Source: Rhodospirillaceae bacterium (GTDB lineage Bacteria > Pseudomonadota > Alphaproteobacteria > UBA8366 > GCA-2717185). From it: a stretch of 45,868 nucleotides of DNA. Below the pieces are notes generated by a model. The model did not search any database. It worked only from the letters and a program-made list of their open reading frames with translations, and was not told where the DNA came from. Below are positions 9,455 to 17,707 of the stretch, one piece after another (position 1 is the first letter of the stretch; every line of letters begins with the position of its first letter). The translations under genes were made by a program, and so were the position numbers. Where the stretch lies: assembly GCA_018660965.1 (NCBI GenBank), contig JABJJH010000037.1, positions 1-45,868 on the forward strand. The letters run 5' to 3'.

Positions 9455-9946
9455 CTACACCTTTTGATACCCGTAGTAACGGCCCGCACAAACATCGCTT
9501 GGCACTGCTATCGTTTTAAATTCTGAAATTCGCTCAAGGGATTGATCACAATACACGAACCCGCCTTGGCGAAGGAGGCCTGGCAGGAGCGGCCCTATCG
9601 CCGCGACATTGCGTTCGGTCGCTTCCGCGTCCCCATACCCGATATCGGCATGGATCAGCGCGGCATTCGGGCCCAGTTTCGCCGCCGCCGCAACCAAAGT
9701 GTCCGCCATGGCGCCCAGAAACAACCGATCCTCGGGGGGCCGACAATCGGGATGGGACGCAACTTCCTTGTCGAAAACATAAATGTTACGATTTGGAAAC
9801 AAATTCCGTAAATGATCGTATGTGCGCCCATTGCCGAGCCCAAGCTCCAGAATATGACCCTGTGAGTTACCGATATGGTCGACGGCGGCGTTCAGGCAAC
9901 TCCGTTGCGCCTTCAGGCGGCCAATGACCGCGTCCAGTCGGGACAT
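9455..9946 (-). CDS. Small class I SAM-dependent methyltransferase-like protein
   Basis: ILELGLGNGRTYDHL resembles SAM-binding motif I. 163 aa. The start lies 1 nt after the stop of the upstream cNMP-binding gene, so they are likely coupled. Confidence 0.55.
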   Translation of the reverse strand: MSRLDAVIGRLKAQRSCLNAAVDHIGNSQGHILELGLGNGRTYDHLRNLFPNRNIYVFDKEVASHPDCRPPEDRLFLGAMADTLVAAAAKLGPNAALIHADIGYGDAEATERNVAAIGPLLPGLLRQGGFVYCDQSLERISEFKTIAVPSDVCAGRYYGYQKV

Positions 9947-9947
9947 G

Positions 9948-10400
9948 TTACTGGGAATTCGCCACGGCTTCGCGGAGCCGCACCGTGGTTACTTCAAGCC
10001 GGTGCGCCAGTTCACGCATGATTTCGACCGCAATTTGCGGAAATTCAACGACGAGGCTGAAAAATAAATCCTTGGTGATCCGCAGCGTTGTTACCTCTGT
10101 TTTCGCTTTCACCGTCGCAGTTCGCGGTACATCGCAAAGGATCGCAATCTCGCCAACGATTTCATTTTCGTCCAGTGTCGCCACGACAAGCGGGCCGCCC
10201 GGAGTATCCACCACAACATCGGCTTTCCCACCGATAATGATATACGCCGCATCCCCCGCGTCGCCCTGCTCGAACAACACATCGCCTTCCGCATAGGTCA
10301 GGCGTTCGCTGGTGAACGCCAGCAATTTCAGCTTCGATGGTTCGATTTTCGAGAAAAGTGGAATCTTTCGAAGGAGTTCCACCTCATCCAATAAGCCCAT
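9948..10400 (-). CDS. Stand-alone cyclic-nucleotide-binding (CAP/PKA-type CNB) domain protein, no output domain
   Basis: FEQGDAGDAAYIIIGGKADV...GEIAILCDVPRTATVKA is the phosphate-binding cassette pattern. The 150 aa end right after the C-helix, with no HTH. AGGAG lies upstream of the ATG. Confidence 0.85.
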   Translation of the reverse strand: MGLLDEVELLRKIPLFSKIEPSKLKLLAFTSERLTYAEGDVLFEQGDAGDAAYIIIGGKADVVVDTPGGPLVVATLDENEIVGEIAILCDVPRTATVKAKTEVTTLRITKDLFFSLVVEFPQIAVEIMRELAHRLEVTTVRLREAVANSQ

Positions 10401-10454
10401 TTCGGCGTCTCCTTGACCAGCGGCGCGGCGCCGACGGCTTCATGGTTAATACAG

Positions 10455-10496
10455 TTTATCACATGAATGCATTAATTTATCACATGAATGCATTAA
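10455..10496. repeat. Perfect tandem direct repeat, 2 x 21 bp (TTTATCACATGAATGCATTAA)
   Basis: Read directly: 10455-10475 and 10476-10496 are identical. AT-rich island in the 108-bp gap between the ABC exporter stop (10509) and the cNMP-binding gene start (10400). Confidence 0.95.
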
Positions 10497-10508
10497 AAAG
10501 AGGTGAAA

Positions 10509-13175
10509 TTATCCCTCATCCAGCAATGTCTTGAATTCACCGTCTTTCGAGGACAGGTCGTCGAATGACCCACTTTGCGCGACACGGCCATCCTTCATAA
10601 CAATGATTTCATTAAAACTCTTGGCGTCGCCGATGCGGTTTAAGACCCAAACAAGGCCCTTACCCTGCCGTAGCTTCAGGAGGTTCTCTAAAATTTTCAC
10701 CTGAGAAGATTGGTCTAGGCTGACCCCTGCTTCGTTCAGAATCAAAAGCTTAGGATCCTTGATCACCGCGCGCGCAATCGCCAGTTTCTGACGTTGGGCC
10801 TGTGACAAACGCGCGCCGCCAATGCCGGCGGGGAAATCCAGCCCAACCGTGATGACGGTCTGACGTAATTCAAGGCTATCGATGACATCGCCAATCACCG
10901 CGCCCATCTTGGCCGCCGATTGCGCCTGTCCATAAGCCAGTTTGCCAAACAGGATATTGTCCTGCAGCGACGCCGAGGGGTTGTAGGCGTCGACATCGAA
11001 AAAGGCGATCTTGTCGCGCAACGTCTCCGGCAAATCCCTGGCGAAAACCTCACGGGCTTCAAGGATGCGCTCCATCATCCGCTCGTCGATCAAATCGAGA
11101 CGATGACGCGCCGGACTTAACATGAAGGGCAGCGACTCCAGCCTCAGCCGGTCTTCTTCCGTCAACCCCTCCACGCCGCGCGCAGCGCGCCCAAGCAAGG
11201 TCTGGTAGTCCGGCAAGTCTTCGGAATCAATAAAGCTGAACTGTTCAAAAAATTCGTGTCCAGGCGGCAAATCGGCGAACAACTCGACCATGGTCTGCGC
11301 AACATTCTGCCCCATTGTCAGAAAGTCGTCGCTGAGTCCGACCGTGTCGAGAACCTGACGCATATAGGGGTGTTCCGCCAATTTTTCGAGATCGAACGAA
11401 TCGTCCGCGGGCAAGCCAAACAAGATGTTTTCGGCCACCGTCGCATTCGTGTTGAAACGGGATTGATCGAAAGGCTCGATCAGCGGCGCGATTTCCGGTT
11501 CCGACAAGCGGTCGCGCAACAACCGGCGGGCGGACATTATTCGATCCGCGATATCGCCGCGCCGGGTAGGGTCAATCGTCCCCCGCAGCCCCATTTGGTA
11601 GACGTCCTCCGACAAATCCACCATCGACAGCAATTCATTGACCCGTTCCATCATCTCTTCGCGCCCCGACACTCCCGCCGCCGCATAGTCGATCCAGTCC
11701 GCGTTGTAGTCATGCGGCGAATTGCCGGTTACGTCCGCTTCTCCCTTTTCCAACTCGGCCCGTGTGGCCTCCTCGCCGTCGTATTCATGCGCGACCACGG
11801 GACGATGCTTAAGGCCATAAACCAAATTGTCGCCAACGGAAAACGCCTGCAGATACGCACTCGACCCGACATAGGCGATGTCCCGACCGGTAACGGCCTC
11901 GGGCATATTGGCGATGTCCTGGCCCCCGAACAGCACCCTGCCGCTGGTCGGCGTCAGAAGCCGGGCCAAGACTTGAGCCAAGTCGTCCTTTCCGCTGCCG
12001 CTCGCCCCGACAATCGCCAAATGTCCATCGCACTGCGCCGTAAAGGAGACAGCCTCAAGCGAACGCACCCCGTCTTCATCGGAAAGGCTGACGTTGTTGA
12101 CCGCAAGCTCAGCCGTAATGGGCGACGAAGCGGTCGGTTCGTCATGCTGCAGATGTTCTTCCAGCATGCCTTGCGGCTCGAACTGTTCGACCACTTGTTC
12201 ATATTTGATGCGGACATCCTCTTTCTGTTGGTACCAGGCCAACAGTTCCTTCCACGGACTGGCTAAATCCTTGTAGGCGTTCAACACCGCCACCAGTGCG
12301 CCGACGGTTAGTTCGCCTTCGATCACCAGAAAGCCGCCAATGGAAAAGAAAAAGAACGGCGTCAGCTTATCAATGAAATTGTTGAGGAACTTAACGAAGA
12401 ATTTTCGCCGGTAAATTTCATAGCGAATCAGGTAAATCCCGCCCAATCGATTGGCGAAGCGGGCCATTTCCAGATTCGACGTATCATGCGCGTGAATTTC
12501 GCCGATACCCGACACCGATTCGCCAAGATGGTCCGCCAACCGCCGCACGTTCTGGACGCGCTGCTTGCCAAGGGCGTTCACCTTTTTTTGCAATTTCGGG
12601 ATAATGAAGCCTTGCACGGGAATCAGCGCCGCCGCCGCCAAACCAAGCTTCCAGTCCTGCAGCAGGATGTACCCGATAATCAGCGCCAGTTGACCGCCAA
12701 AAAACAACGGGTCGGCGAAAGCGATGCCGATAAACCCGCCCAGCGGCTCGACTTCCGCCGTGATCATCGGAATCAATTCGCCCTGACTGACTTTTTTAAA
12801 ATGCGGAATGGGGAAGCGGAGAATCCTCGTGTAAAGTTGATAGCGTAGCCGCCGCAGCAAGCGTTCCCCCATCCGGCCCTTGAACACGCTGATGTAGTAT
12901 TTGAAGCCGCCGGTTATGAAAACCAGCGCCAAATACGTGAAACTTAAAATAAGCAGAAAGGTCAGCTGCGATACGTCGAATTCGATTTCATACCCGAAAA
13001 TCGGCGCTTCGAATATGTCGCCGCCTGCATTCGGTTTGATCGCCCGGTTGACGATAATCTTTGGCAAATCGAGCGAAACGAACAAAAACGGATAGAACGC
13101 GAGGATCACGCATAACAGATAAATCTGCTGCGCCGCGCTATAGCGCAAAATATATTTGAAGATTGATTTTTCCAT
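10509..13175 (-). CDS. ABC exporter-type fused permease/nucleotide-binding protein with degenerate ATPase motifs and an enlarged NBD
   Basis: About 350 aa N-terminal six-helix ABC exporter TMD. The NBD has Walker A GASGSGKD, signature LSQAQ, Walker B LLILNE, D-loop SLD and H-loop position VLNRI. About 390 aa separate Walker A from the signature motif. Confidence 0.85.
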   Translation of the reverse strand: MEKSIFKYILRYSAAQQIYLLCVILAFYPFLFVSLDLPKIIVNRAIKPNAGGDIFEAPIFGYEIEFDVSQLTFLLILSFTYLALVFITGGFKYYISVFKGRMGERLLRRLRYQLYTRILRFPIPHFKKVSQGELIPMITAEVEPLGGFIGIAFADPLFFGGQLALIIGYILLQDWKLGLAAAALIPVQGFIIPKLQKKVNALGKQRVQNVRRLADHLGESVSGIGEIHAHDTSNLEMARFANRLGGIYLIRYEIYRRKFFVKFLNNFIDKLTPFFFFSIGGFLVIEGELTVGALVAVLNAYKDLASPWKELLAWYQQKEDVRIKYEQVVEQFEPQGMLEEHLQHDEPTASSPITAELAVNNVSLSDEDGVRSLEAVSFTAQCDGHLAIVGASGSGKDDLAQVLARLLTPTSGRVLFGGQDIANMPEAVTGRDIAYVGSSAYLQAFSVGDNLVYGLKHRPVVAHEYDGEEATRAELEKGEADVTGNSPHDYNADWIDYAAAGVSGREEMMERVNELLSMVDLSEDVYQMGLRGTIDPTRRGDIADRIMSARRLLRDRLSEPEIAPLIEPFDQSRFNTNATVAENILFGLPADDSFDLEKLAEHPYMRQVLDTVGLSDDFLTMGQNVAQTMVELFADLPPGHEFFEQFSFIDSEDLPDYQTLLGRAARGVEGLTEEDRLRLESLPFMLSPARHRLDLIDERMMERILEAREVFARDLPETLRDKIAFFDVDAYNPSASLQDNILFGKLAYGQAQSAAKMGAVIGDVIDSLELRQTVITVGLDFPAGIGGARLSQAQRQKLAIARAVIKDPKLLILNEAGVSLDQSSQVKILENLLKLRQGKGLVWVLNRIGDAKSFNEIIVMKDGRVAQSGSFDDLSSKDGEFKTLLDEG

Positions 13176-13443
13176 GAATTCGCGGCGCGCCTTCCAAGAG
13201 GCTCTAGATCAAGCCCGTGTTTTAAAACCTTGATTTTACCGGTGGGCACCTTAGCGCAGCTTTCCAAACCCGTAAATGTCTGGCATTTAACCATTGAATG
13301 GCGTTAGATTTCCATAACGAGGGTGCGGACATCGGCGCAAATTCATTCGACCACCGCTGCTTCGCATAAACGTTTGAACAGGGATAAGGTCGCGAACACC
13401 TGTCGGGGGGACACGGTTTTCGCACCGGCGAGGACAAGAACCC

Positions 13444-14673
13444 ATGCAGCAACGGAAGTCGCCGCGTGTGCTGATTTACAGCCACGATACGTTTGGTCTG
13501 GGCCATTTGCGGCGATGCAGCGCGATCGCGCACGCCCTGTGCGAAAGCAACGAGGACCTGTCGGTGCTGATCCTGTCAGGCTCGCCCATTATAGGCAGTT
13601 TCGATTTTCGATCCCGCGTCGATTTCGTCAGAATTCCCGGCGTCATTAAGTTGCACAACGGGGAATACACCTCGCTGACACTGCCCATGGCGGTGGACGA
13701 CACCATCGCCATGCGCGCATCGATCATTCAACACACCGCAGAATTTTTCGATCCGGACATATTCATCGTCGATAAAGAACCGTTGGGATTGCGAGGCGAA
13801 CTCGCCGCCACGCTCGACGTTTTGAAAAAACGCGGCGCCCACATCGTCCTTGGTCTCCGCGACGTGCTGGACGAACCACGCTTGCTCGCGCCGGAATGGA
13901 AACGAAAAAACGCCGTCCCCGCGCTGGAAACCTATTACGATGAAATTTGGGTTTATGGCCTGCCGCAAGTCTGCGAACCGCTGGCGGAGATCGACCTGCC
14001 CGACTCGCTTCGGCGTAAAATGATATACACCGGTTATCTAAGACGCTTCGAAGGATCGAAACCGGTCGGGCAGCCCGCCTTCACGAAAACCGACAAGCCC
14101 TACATCCTGGTGACGCCCGGCGGCGGCGGCGACGGCGAAACCCTGGTGGACTGGGTGTTGCGCGCCTATGAAACCGATCACGACCTGCCCTATGCGTCGA
14201 TGATCGTGCTGGGTCCGTTCATGCAATCCGAGCGCCGTTCCGAATTCATCACCCGCGCCGACGCGCTGGACAAGGTCGATGCGATCACCTTTGAAGCCCA
14301 CATGGAAAGCCTGGCCGCCCACGCCGTCGGAATTATCGCCATGGGCGGCTACAACACCTTCTGCGAAATCCTGTCCTTCGACAAAAAGGCCCTAATCGTG
14401 CCGCGCACCGCGCCCCGGTTGGAACAATACATTCGCACCAGCCGCGCGGAAGACCTTGGCCTCGTCAGCATGTTATGCGACGACGGCATTCGCGCGGCGG
14501 AAACCATGGCGACCGCGATTCGGCATCTGCCGCAGCAACAATCGCCGTCCGACATCGTCGTGCCCGGCCTTCTCGACGGGTTGGACAATGTCAATATCCT
14601 GACCCGGCGCATGCTGGAGCGTCGTCCCAAAACAACCCGGCCGGAAATTGCGTCGGCGCGCAAACAGGCTTAG
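13444..14673 (+). CDS. Glycosyltransferase, GT-B fold (MurG/GT28-C-like, COG4671-type)
   Basis: N-terminal RVLIYSHDTFGLGHLRRC and C-terminal AMGGYNTFCEILSFDKKALIVPR (GT28 C-terminal-like nucleotide-sugar pocket). Confidence 0.72.
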   Translation: MQQRKSPRVLIYSHDTFGLGHLRRCSAIAHALCESNEDLSVLILSGSPIIGSFDFRSRVDFVRIPGVIKLHNGEYTSLTLPMAVDDTIAMRASIIQHTAEFFDPDIFIVDKEPLGLRGELAATLDVLKKRGAHIVLGLRDVLDEPRLLAPEWKRKNAVPALETYYDEIWVYGLPQVCEPLAEIDLPDSLRRKMIYTGYLRRFEGSKPVGQPAFTKTDKPYILVTPGGGGDGETLVDWVLRAYETDHDLPYASMIVLGPFMQSERRSEFITRADALDKVDAITFEAHMESLAAHAVGIIAMGGYNTFCEILSFDKKALIVPRTAPRLEQYIRTSRAEDLGLVSMLCDDGIRAAETMATAIRHLPQQQSPSDIVVPGLLDGLDNVNILTRRMLERRPKTTRPEIASARKQA

Positions 14674-14723
14674 GAGCCATCGCCCGGAATGACCAAAAGC
14701 ATAATGAATAGACCCCAGGATTT

Positions 14724-15953
14724 ATGGCGATGGCCGTCGCATTCGTCCTAAAGGGATATCCGAGGCTGTCGGAAACCTTTATCGCCCAGGAAATTAGGGC
14801 CCTGGAACAGCGCGGCCTCGACATACGAATTGTATCCCTTCGCCACCCCACCGACACCGATGCGCACCCGGTGCACCGGGAAATCCAGGCGCCGATTCTT
14901 TATCTTCCCGAATACCTTCACCACGAACCCATGCGCGCGGCGCGCGCGATAATCCACGCCCGGACCTTGCCAGGTTTCGCCGCTGCATTCGCGACATGGC
15001 GAGCGGATTTGCGCCGCGATTTTACGCGAAACCGCATACGCCGGTTTGGCCAGGCCTGTGTGTTGGCGCATGAATTACCGCCAGGGGTCGACAGGCTGCA
15101 CGCCCATTTCCTCCATACCCCGGCGTCGGTCGCGCGTTACGCGGCCATCATGAAAGGCCTGCCTTGGAGCGGGTCGGCCCACGCCAAGGACATCTGGACA
15201 ACGCCCGCATGGGATATTCGGGAAAAACTGGAGTCTCTCGATTGGCTGGTCACCTGCACACAAGCGGGCGCAGACTATTTACAAAGCCTGGCGCCGACCC
15301 CATCGACCGTATCGCTGGTCCATCACGGTCTTGATTTCAGCCGCTTCACGACGCCCGACGCCCGCGAAAAGGTCAAGAATGCGCCCCTGATAATTCTGTC
15401 GGTCGGGCGCGCGGTGGCGAAAAAAGGCTATGACGATTGCCTGCAGGCCCTGGCGTCCTTACCGCCGCAATTGGATTGGCGATTCCGCCATATTGGCGGC
15501 GGCCCGCTATTGAGCGAATTGCGCGAGCGCGCGCGCGGTCTGGGACTGGACGACCGCATTGAATGGCTGGGCGCGCAGCCGCAAAATGTCGTGCTGTCCG
15601 AAATGCGGCGCGCCGACATCTTTGTGCTGCCCAGCAAACAAGCCCCCGACGGCGACCGTGACGGCCTGCCGAACGTCCTGATGGAGGCGCAAAGTCAGCG
15701 TGTAGCCGTGGTCAGCACCCGGCTGTCGGGTATTCCCGAACTTGTCCTCGACAGGGAAACCGGTCTTCTGGTGACGCCCGGCGACGCAAAGGCGTTATCC
15801 AGCGCGCTGCGAAACCTTTTAGAAGACTCGGCCTTGCGGTCCCGGTTGGCGCAGGCCGGTTTCGAAAGGGTCAGGTCCCGGTTTTCAATGGATGACGGCA
15901 TTGATTCGCTATCGAATAATTTTGGCCTGCGGGCGCGGCCCGCCGCCGCCTGA
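14724..15953 (+). CDS. Glycosyltransferase family 4 (WcaL-like)
   Basis: N-terminal GYPRLSETFIAQEI and C-terminal DGLPNVLMEAQSQRVAVVSTRLSGIPELV (E-x7-E region). Confidence 0.85.
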   Translation: MAMAVAFVLKGYPRLSETFIAQEIRALEQRGLDIRIVSLRHPTDTDAHPVHREIQAPILYLPEYLHHEPMRAARAIIHARTLPGFAAAFATWRADLRRDFTRNRIRRFGQACVLAHELPPGVDRLHAHFLHTPASVARYAAIMKGLPWSGSAHAKDIWTTPAWDIREKLESLDWLVTCTQAGADYLQSLAPTPSTVSLVHHGLDFSRFTTPDAREKVKNAPLIILSVGRAVAKKGYDDCLQALASLPPQLDWRFRHIGGGPLLSELRERARGLGLDDRIEWLGAQPQNVVLSEMRRADIFVLPSKQAPDGDRDGLPNVLMEAQSQRVAVVSTRLSGIPELVLDRETGLLVTPGDAKALSSALRNLLEDSALRSRLAQAGFERVRSRFSMDDGIDSLSNNFGLRARPAAA

Positions 15954-17095
15954 TGCATATCGCCTTTTACGCGCCGTTGAAGCCGCCGAGCCATCCGGTT
16001 CCTTCCGGTGATCGCCGCATGGCGCGATTATTGATTAAGGCGCTTCGCGGCGCCGGGCATCGGGTTTCCATCGCGTCCAGGCTGCGCAGTTACGACGGGC
16101 AAGGCGACGCCAAACGCCAGGACGTCATTCGCCGCCGCGCCGCGCGAATCGTCCAAACCTACATCGACAAAATTAAGGGCGAAAACCGCCCGGATATCTG
16201 GTTTACCTATCACCTTTATCACAAGGCGCCCGATCTTCTGGGTCCAACGGTCGCCGAGGCGCTGGCGCTTCCCTATGTCGTCGCCGAAGCGAGCTTCGCC
16301 CCCAAACAAGACCGTGGCCCCTGGCGACGCGGGCATGCGGAAGTCGGAGACGCCCTGCGTCGCACTGCGCGGATCATCATGCTCAACCCCGATGACGCCC
16401 CATGCGTTCGCGCTTTAATCGGCGACAATGACAACGGTCGCCGAATCACCGCCCTGGCGCCCTTTATCGACACCCGTCCGGCCCGGGCGGCGGCTTCAAA
16501 GCGGGCGACGCATCGGGTGGATTTCGCGCGCCGCCTCGGACTGAACCCGAACGTGCCCTGGCTCGCCGTCGTGGCGATGTTGCGGGGTGGCGACAAACGC
16601 GATTCCTATCGGGCCTTGGCCGGGATCATTCGCCGACTGCGCGAGACGCCGCTGCATCTTCTTATTGCAGGCGATGGACCGGCGCGCGCGGAGATCAAAG
16701 GGTTTTTCGGAGACGACCCCCGCATTCGCTGGCTTGGCGAGATAGCAGCGTCGGAAATTGACGCCTTGCACGCCGCCGCCGATCTCGTGGTGTGGCCCGC
16801 CATGCGGGAAGCCTACGGCATGGCGCTTTTGGAAGCACAGGCCGCTGGCGTTCCGGTGGTCGCCGGCGGCGCGCCCGGCGTCCGCCAAATTGTTGCGCAC
16901 GGTGAAACAGGATTGATTGTTCCCATGGACCCCGACTCTCTGGTGACCTGCATGACGGATGCGGTATCGAGTTTGTTGAGCGACGCCGAACGACTGCGCG
17001 CCATGGGCGACGCCGCACTGGAACGCGCACGGCGCTGTCACGATATTGAATCAGCGGCCCAACGATTGAACAAGATTTTGGAAGACGCGATATGA
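15953..17095 (+). CDS. Glycosyltransferase family 4
   Basis: PSGDRRMARLL N-terminal region and EAYGMALLEAQAAGVPVVAG...IVAHGETGLIV. The start overlaps the upstream stop by 1 nt. Confidence 0.85.
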   Translation: MHIAFYAPLKPPSHPVPSGDRRMARLLIKALRGAGHRVSIASRLRSYDGQGDAKRQDVIRRRAARIVQTYIDKIKGENRPDIWFTYHLYHKAPDLLGPTVAEALALPYVVAEASFAPKQDRGPWRRGHAEVGDALRRTARIIMLNPDDAPCVRALIGDNDNGRRITALAPFIDTRPARAAASKRATHRVDFARRLGLNPNVPWLAVVAMLRGGDKRDSYRALAGIIRRLRETPLHLLIAGDGPARAEIKGFFGDDPRIRWLGEIAASEIDALHAAADLVVWPAMREAYGMALLEAQAAGVPVVAGGAPGVRQIVAHGETGLIVPMDPDSLVTCMTDAVSSLLSDAERLRAMGDAALERARRCHDIESAAQRLNKILEDAI

Positions 17096-17703
17096 CTCTG
17101 CTGGCCGTGATCCGGCATGGACCCACCGAATGGAACGAAAAGGGCGTCGTTCAGGGCCACAGCGACATTCCGCTCAGCGCCTCTGGCCGTGTCAGCGTTT
17201 CCGCATGGACCCCGCCGCGCGATCTCGATATCTTTGATTGGGTCGCCAGCCCGTTAAAGCGGGCCCAGGAAACTGCGGTTATTCTGTCCGGGCGGCGCCC
17301 CCGCACCGATGGCCGGCTGACCGAAATGAACTGGGCGGTGTGGGAAGGAAAACGCCTGCCTGAATTGCGCGCGGAACTGGGCGATCTCATGAAGGCGTGG
17401 GAAGCGAAGGGGCTCGATTTTCGCGCGCCCGGCGGCGAAAGCCCACGCGATGTGCAAGACCGCTTGAAGCCTTTCCTCGCCGAATGCGCGGCCAAACGCC
17501 AGGATACCGTTGCCGTGTGTCATAAAGGCGTCCTTCGCGCCCTGTACGCGCTATCGGTATCCTGGGATATGACGGACAAGGCGCCAGAAAAGCTTCACGA
17601 CGAGTGTGTTCATTATTTCCGGCTCGATTCAAACGGCGCGCCCACGCCCCATCGTCTGAACCAGCCGATGACCGATTCTCCAACGGCGTATGGCGGCGGT
17701 TAA
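17092..17703 (+). CDS. Histidine phosphatase family protein (phosphoglycerate-mutase-like)
   Basis: AVIRHGPTEWN (catalytic RHG) and a later VCHKGVLRAL (second catalytic His region). ATGA overlap with the upstream gene. Confidence 0.85.
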   Translation: MTLLAVIRHGPTEWNEKGVVQGHSDIPLSASGRVSVSAWTPPRDLDIFDWVASPLKRAQETAVILSGRRPRTDGRLTEMNWAVWEGKRLPELRAELGDLMKAWEAKGLDFRAPGGESPRDVQDRLKPFLAECAAKRQDTVAVCHKGVLRALYALSVSWDMTDKAPEKLHDECVHYFRLDSNGAPTPHRLNQPMTDSPTAYGGG

Positions 17704-17707
17704 CGGA

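Noticed and set aside
10455-10496. Interpreting the tandem repeat as a classical CRP/FNR-type site because of its TGTGA/TCACA pentamers
   Set aside because: The pentamers are in direct orientation 21 bp apart, not the inverted TGTGA-N6-TCACA arrangement. The neighbouring CNB protein also lacks a DNA-binding domain. I kept it as an unexplained repeat only.
11256-12266. 336-aa plus-strand ORF inside the ABC exporter gene
   Set aside because: It is antisense to a frame with clear TMD and NBD motifs. Its composition (R/Q/H/G-rich, repetitive) looks non-coding, so I treat it as a GC-driven shadow ORF.
13242-13257. TGGGCACCTTAGCGCA, reminiscent of a sigma-54 -24/-12 promoter upstream of the glycosyltransferase operon
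   Set aside because: Aligning GGCAC places CGCA where TTGC is expected, so the GG-to-GC spacing and the -12 element do not fit the consensus. No enhancer-binding protein gene is nearby. This is too weak to call.
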